From a virus, in the IMG/VR virus record IMGVR_UViG_3300037755_000476: a stretch of 64,000 bases of DNA. One strand, written 5' to 3'. The translations under genes were made by a program, and so were the position numbers. Positions 62,461 to 64,000 of this stretch are shown piece by piece. The notes below the pieces were generated by a model. It made no database searches, was not told the DNA's origin, and saw only the letters and a program-made list of their open reading frames with translations. The stretch's first letter is position 1, and each line of letters begins with the position of its first letter.

Positions 62461-62614
62461 AGCCTGTGGTATTTAACCACCGGGGGAAGTCCCCAGTGTA
62501 TCGGGTTATTGTTCACCTCTATCCTCAACCATGTCAACCATGCCCAAGAGCCGCACTCCGTTATTACCGGATGCCAAGCGAACCAAGGTTCTGAGTAAGT
62601 CGTTTCGTCAAGTG

Positions 62615-62905
62615 TCATAAGTCTTTGTGTTTTGTTATTAATGCCCTCATCAACCCCCTCTTGTGCTTAATTCCGAATAGTTCCAAGGGGAGGTATGGCG
62701 CATCTCCCCCTACTACCCTCTTATTGGCCAATCCCCCTTTGTCATAGTAGTTCCCGTCTATCTTTGTCACACAGTGGTCGTTGTTGTAATATACCTCTCC
62801 TTGGAACTGTGAGGACAGTAGCAAAGCCACCAGATAGCACTGTGGCTCGGGAAACACTTCGTTTATCTTCAATATCTCGGCCAATACGTCGTATCTACCC
62901 ATCAC
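62615..62905 (-). CDS. Hypothetical protein
   Basis: ATGA overlap with the methyltransferase. Confidence 0.55.
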   Translation of the reverse strand: MMGRYDVLAEILKINEVFPEPQCYLVALLLSSQFQGEVYYNNDHCVTKIDGNYYDKGGLANKRVVGGDAPYLPLELFGIKHKRGLMRALITKHKDL

Positions 62906-63408
62906 ATCCCAAAATATAAATCCTCATCTTCATTAAATGTCTCCCAAAACCTCGGTCTAAATGTGTCCACCCAAAACTCTTTCGGCAGCAATCTTTCGTC
63001 CCCGAAAGACGGTTCCTTGTACCCGTCCAATGGCACATAGTGTACCGAGTCGGGGCAGTTTTCTAGTATCCCTTTGATAGTGGCGTCGTCGAAGTGTTCT
63101 AGGACTCCGTGGGTCACTACTGTCCTGTCGCTTTCGAACCCTTTTATGTCCCGTACCATAAAAAGGCTGTCCGGAACATTTTTACAGGCCAGTGCTACCA
63201 TATCCGGACAAAGGTCGAACCCTACCGTAAATATTCCGCGCTTGTTGAGGTATTTGGATACTGAACCTATTCCGCAGCCAGCGTCGATAACGACTCCCCC
63301 TCCAAAAGCCCTAGTCAATACCGTATCCAGAAAGGGTTGGTACCTCCTCTCGAAGTACTCTTGATAAGAGCTGTTCACCCTTTTCTCATAAAATTTGTGC
63401 CATTCCAT
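62902..63408 (-). CDS. Class I SAM-dependent methyltransferase
   Basis: VIDAGCGIG, GFD, HGVLEHF; start set at MEWHK. Confidence 0.85.
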   Translation of the reverse strand: MEWHKFYEKRVNSSYQEYFERRYQPFLDTVLTRAFGGGVVIDAGCGIGSVSKYLNKRGIFTVGFDLCPDMVALACKNVPDSLFMVRDIKGFESDRTVVTHGVLEHFDDATIKGILENCPDSVHYVPLDGYKEPSFGDERLLPKEFWVDTFRPRFWETFNEDEDLYFGM

Positions 63409-63426
63409 AGCATCCTGTATTTGCTT

Positions 63427-63489
63427 AGAGGGGTATGCCGGATTCGAACCGACCCGTGGCAATATAGCCACGTACCCATTTATACCCTT
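63427..63489 (-). ncRNA. Mini tRNA-like element (acceptor + T-arm + hairpin, no D-arm)
   Basis: gggtat/ataccc, cgtggc-tatatt-gccacg, gtcgg-TTCGAAT-ccggc. Confidence 0.55.
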
Positions 63490-63499
63490 ACCTTATTCA

Positions 63500-63835
63500 C
63501 TAATCACAGTCGCAATCCGGACCGCATATTCCACCAAAAAGGGATGCCAAAGTATTCTGTCTAAGCTCAGTATTCTCTACCACCATTATAATGGCCTGAG
63601 AGGTAATCTGAGATATGAACAGGTCTAAGTCCTTTCCGGTGAACGTGGACATTGCCCTGTCGTACATATCGGCAGAATTTACGCCTTCTTCGGATGTCCT
63701 GAGGTTCTCCAGCTCCCCTTCCATGAAGTCCCTGTACTTTTTCTCGAAGTCTTTTATGGACTCGTCGTCAAAGCCTAGGATTTTTGGAAGACTCTTGGTA
63801 TCCTCTTTCAAATTTTTGTTAACTGCTACTCCCAT
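63500..63835 (-). CDS. Hypothetical acidic protein with C-terminal CxxxCxC
   Basis: 111-aa ORF. Confidence 0.6.
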   Translation of the reverse strand: MGVAVNKNLKEDTKSLPKILGFDDESIKDFEKKYRDFMEGELENLRTSEEGVNSADMYDRAMSTFTGKDLDLFISQITSQAIIMVVENTELRQNTLASLFGGICGPDCDCD

Positions 63836-64000
63836 AATTTAATCTTTGTTTTTTAAGGTTTTAATTCGATTAATTTTTTCCAAAGCTTGTACTTTCTGTA
63901 GTATTCCTCGGTCGCACTGATTAGATGGCCCTGATAGATTCCCCCATTGTGCCACCTTACTATAATCTCGTTACTGGGACGGACACCGTGTCTCTTTACG

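Noticed and set aside
22575-63471. Longer ORF-track starts for portal (22575), phosphoesterase (61531), OMP (61935), methyltransferase (63471) and GroES (50276)
   Set aside because: The extensions overlap other features; downstream ATGs fit the motifs and gene overlaps better
1-64000. Genome-wide TAG recoding (code 15) suggested by the CUA tRNA
   Set aside because: Core genes are intact in code 11 and many end in TAG; only one clearly interrupted gene was found

Overview
About 64 kb of a lytic, podovirus-like tailed phage infecting Bacteroidota (probably Flavobacteriia). The host call rests on TAnnTTTG (-7)/TTTG (-33) promoters in front of most operons. The gene content (GroEL/GroES, family A DNA polymerase, tRNA array, ejection proteins) recalls Cellulophaga phi38:1/Calle-type phages; that assignment is an inference and was not searched. 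Layout: 1-1000 non-coding; 1000-5720 about 21 tRNA or tRNA-like genes in three blocks with two HNH genes; 5.9-11 kb accessory genes (metzincin protease, serine recombinase); 12-43.5 kb plus-strand lysis, tail fibre, intein-containing terminase, portal, scaffold, capsid, tail and ejection genes; 43.5-64 kb minus-strand replication, nucleotide metabolism and chaperonin genes. Main discovery: each tRNA block sits behind its own promoter, 25-29 aa leader ORF and intrinsic terminator with alternative 1:2/2:3/3:4 pairings. Each leader's codons match the tRNAs downstream of it, down to the isoacceptor (Arg AGA vs CGN, Leu CTA, Ile ATA). This looks like a ribosome-stalling attenuation system that turns on phage tRNA blocks when those tRNAs become scarce. 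Also notable: an amber-suppressor (CUA) tRNA together with a gene interrupted by an in-frame TAG, several non-canonical tRNA-like RNAs, and unexplained structured RNAs. All folds and alignments were done by eye.
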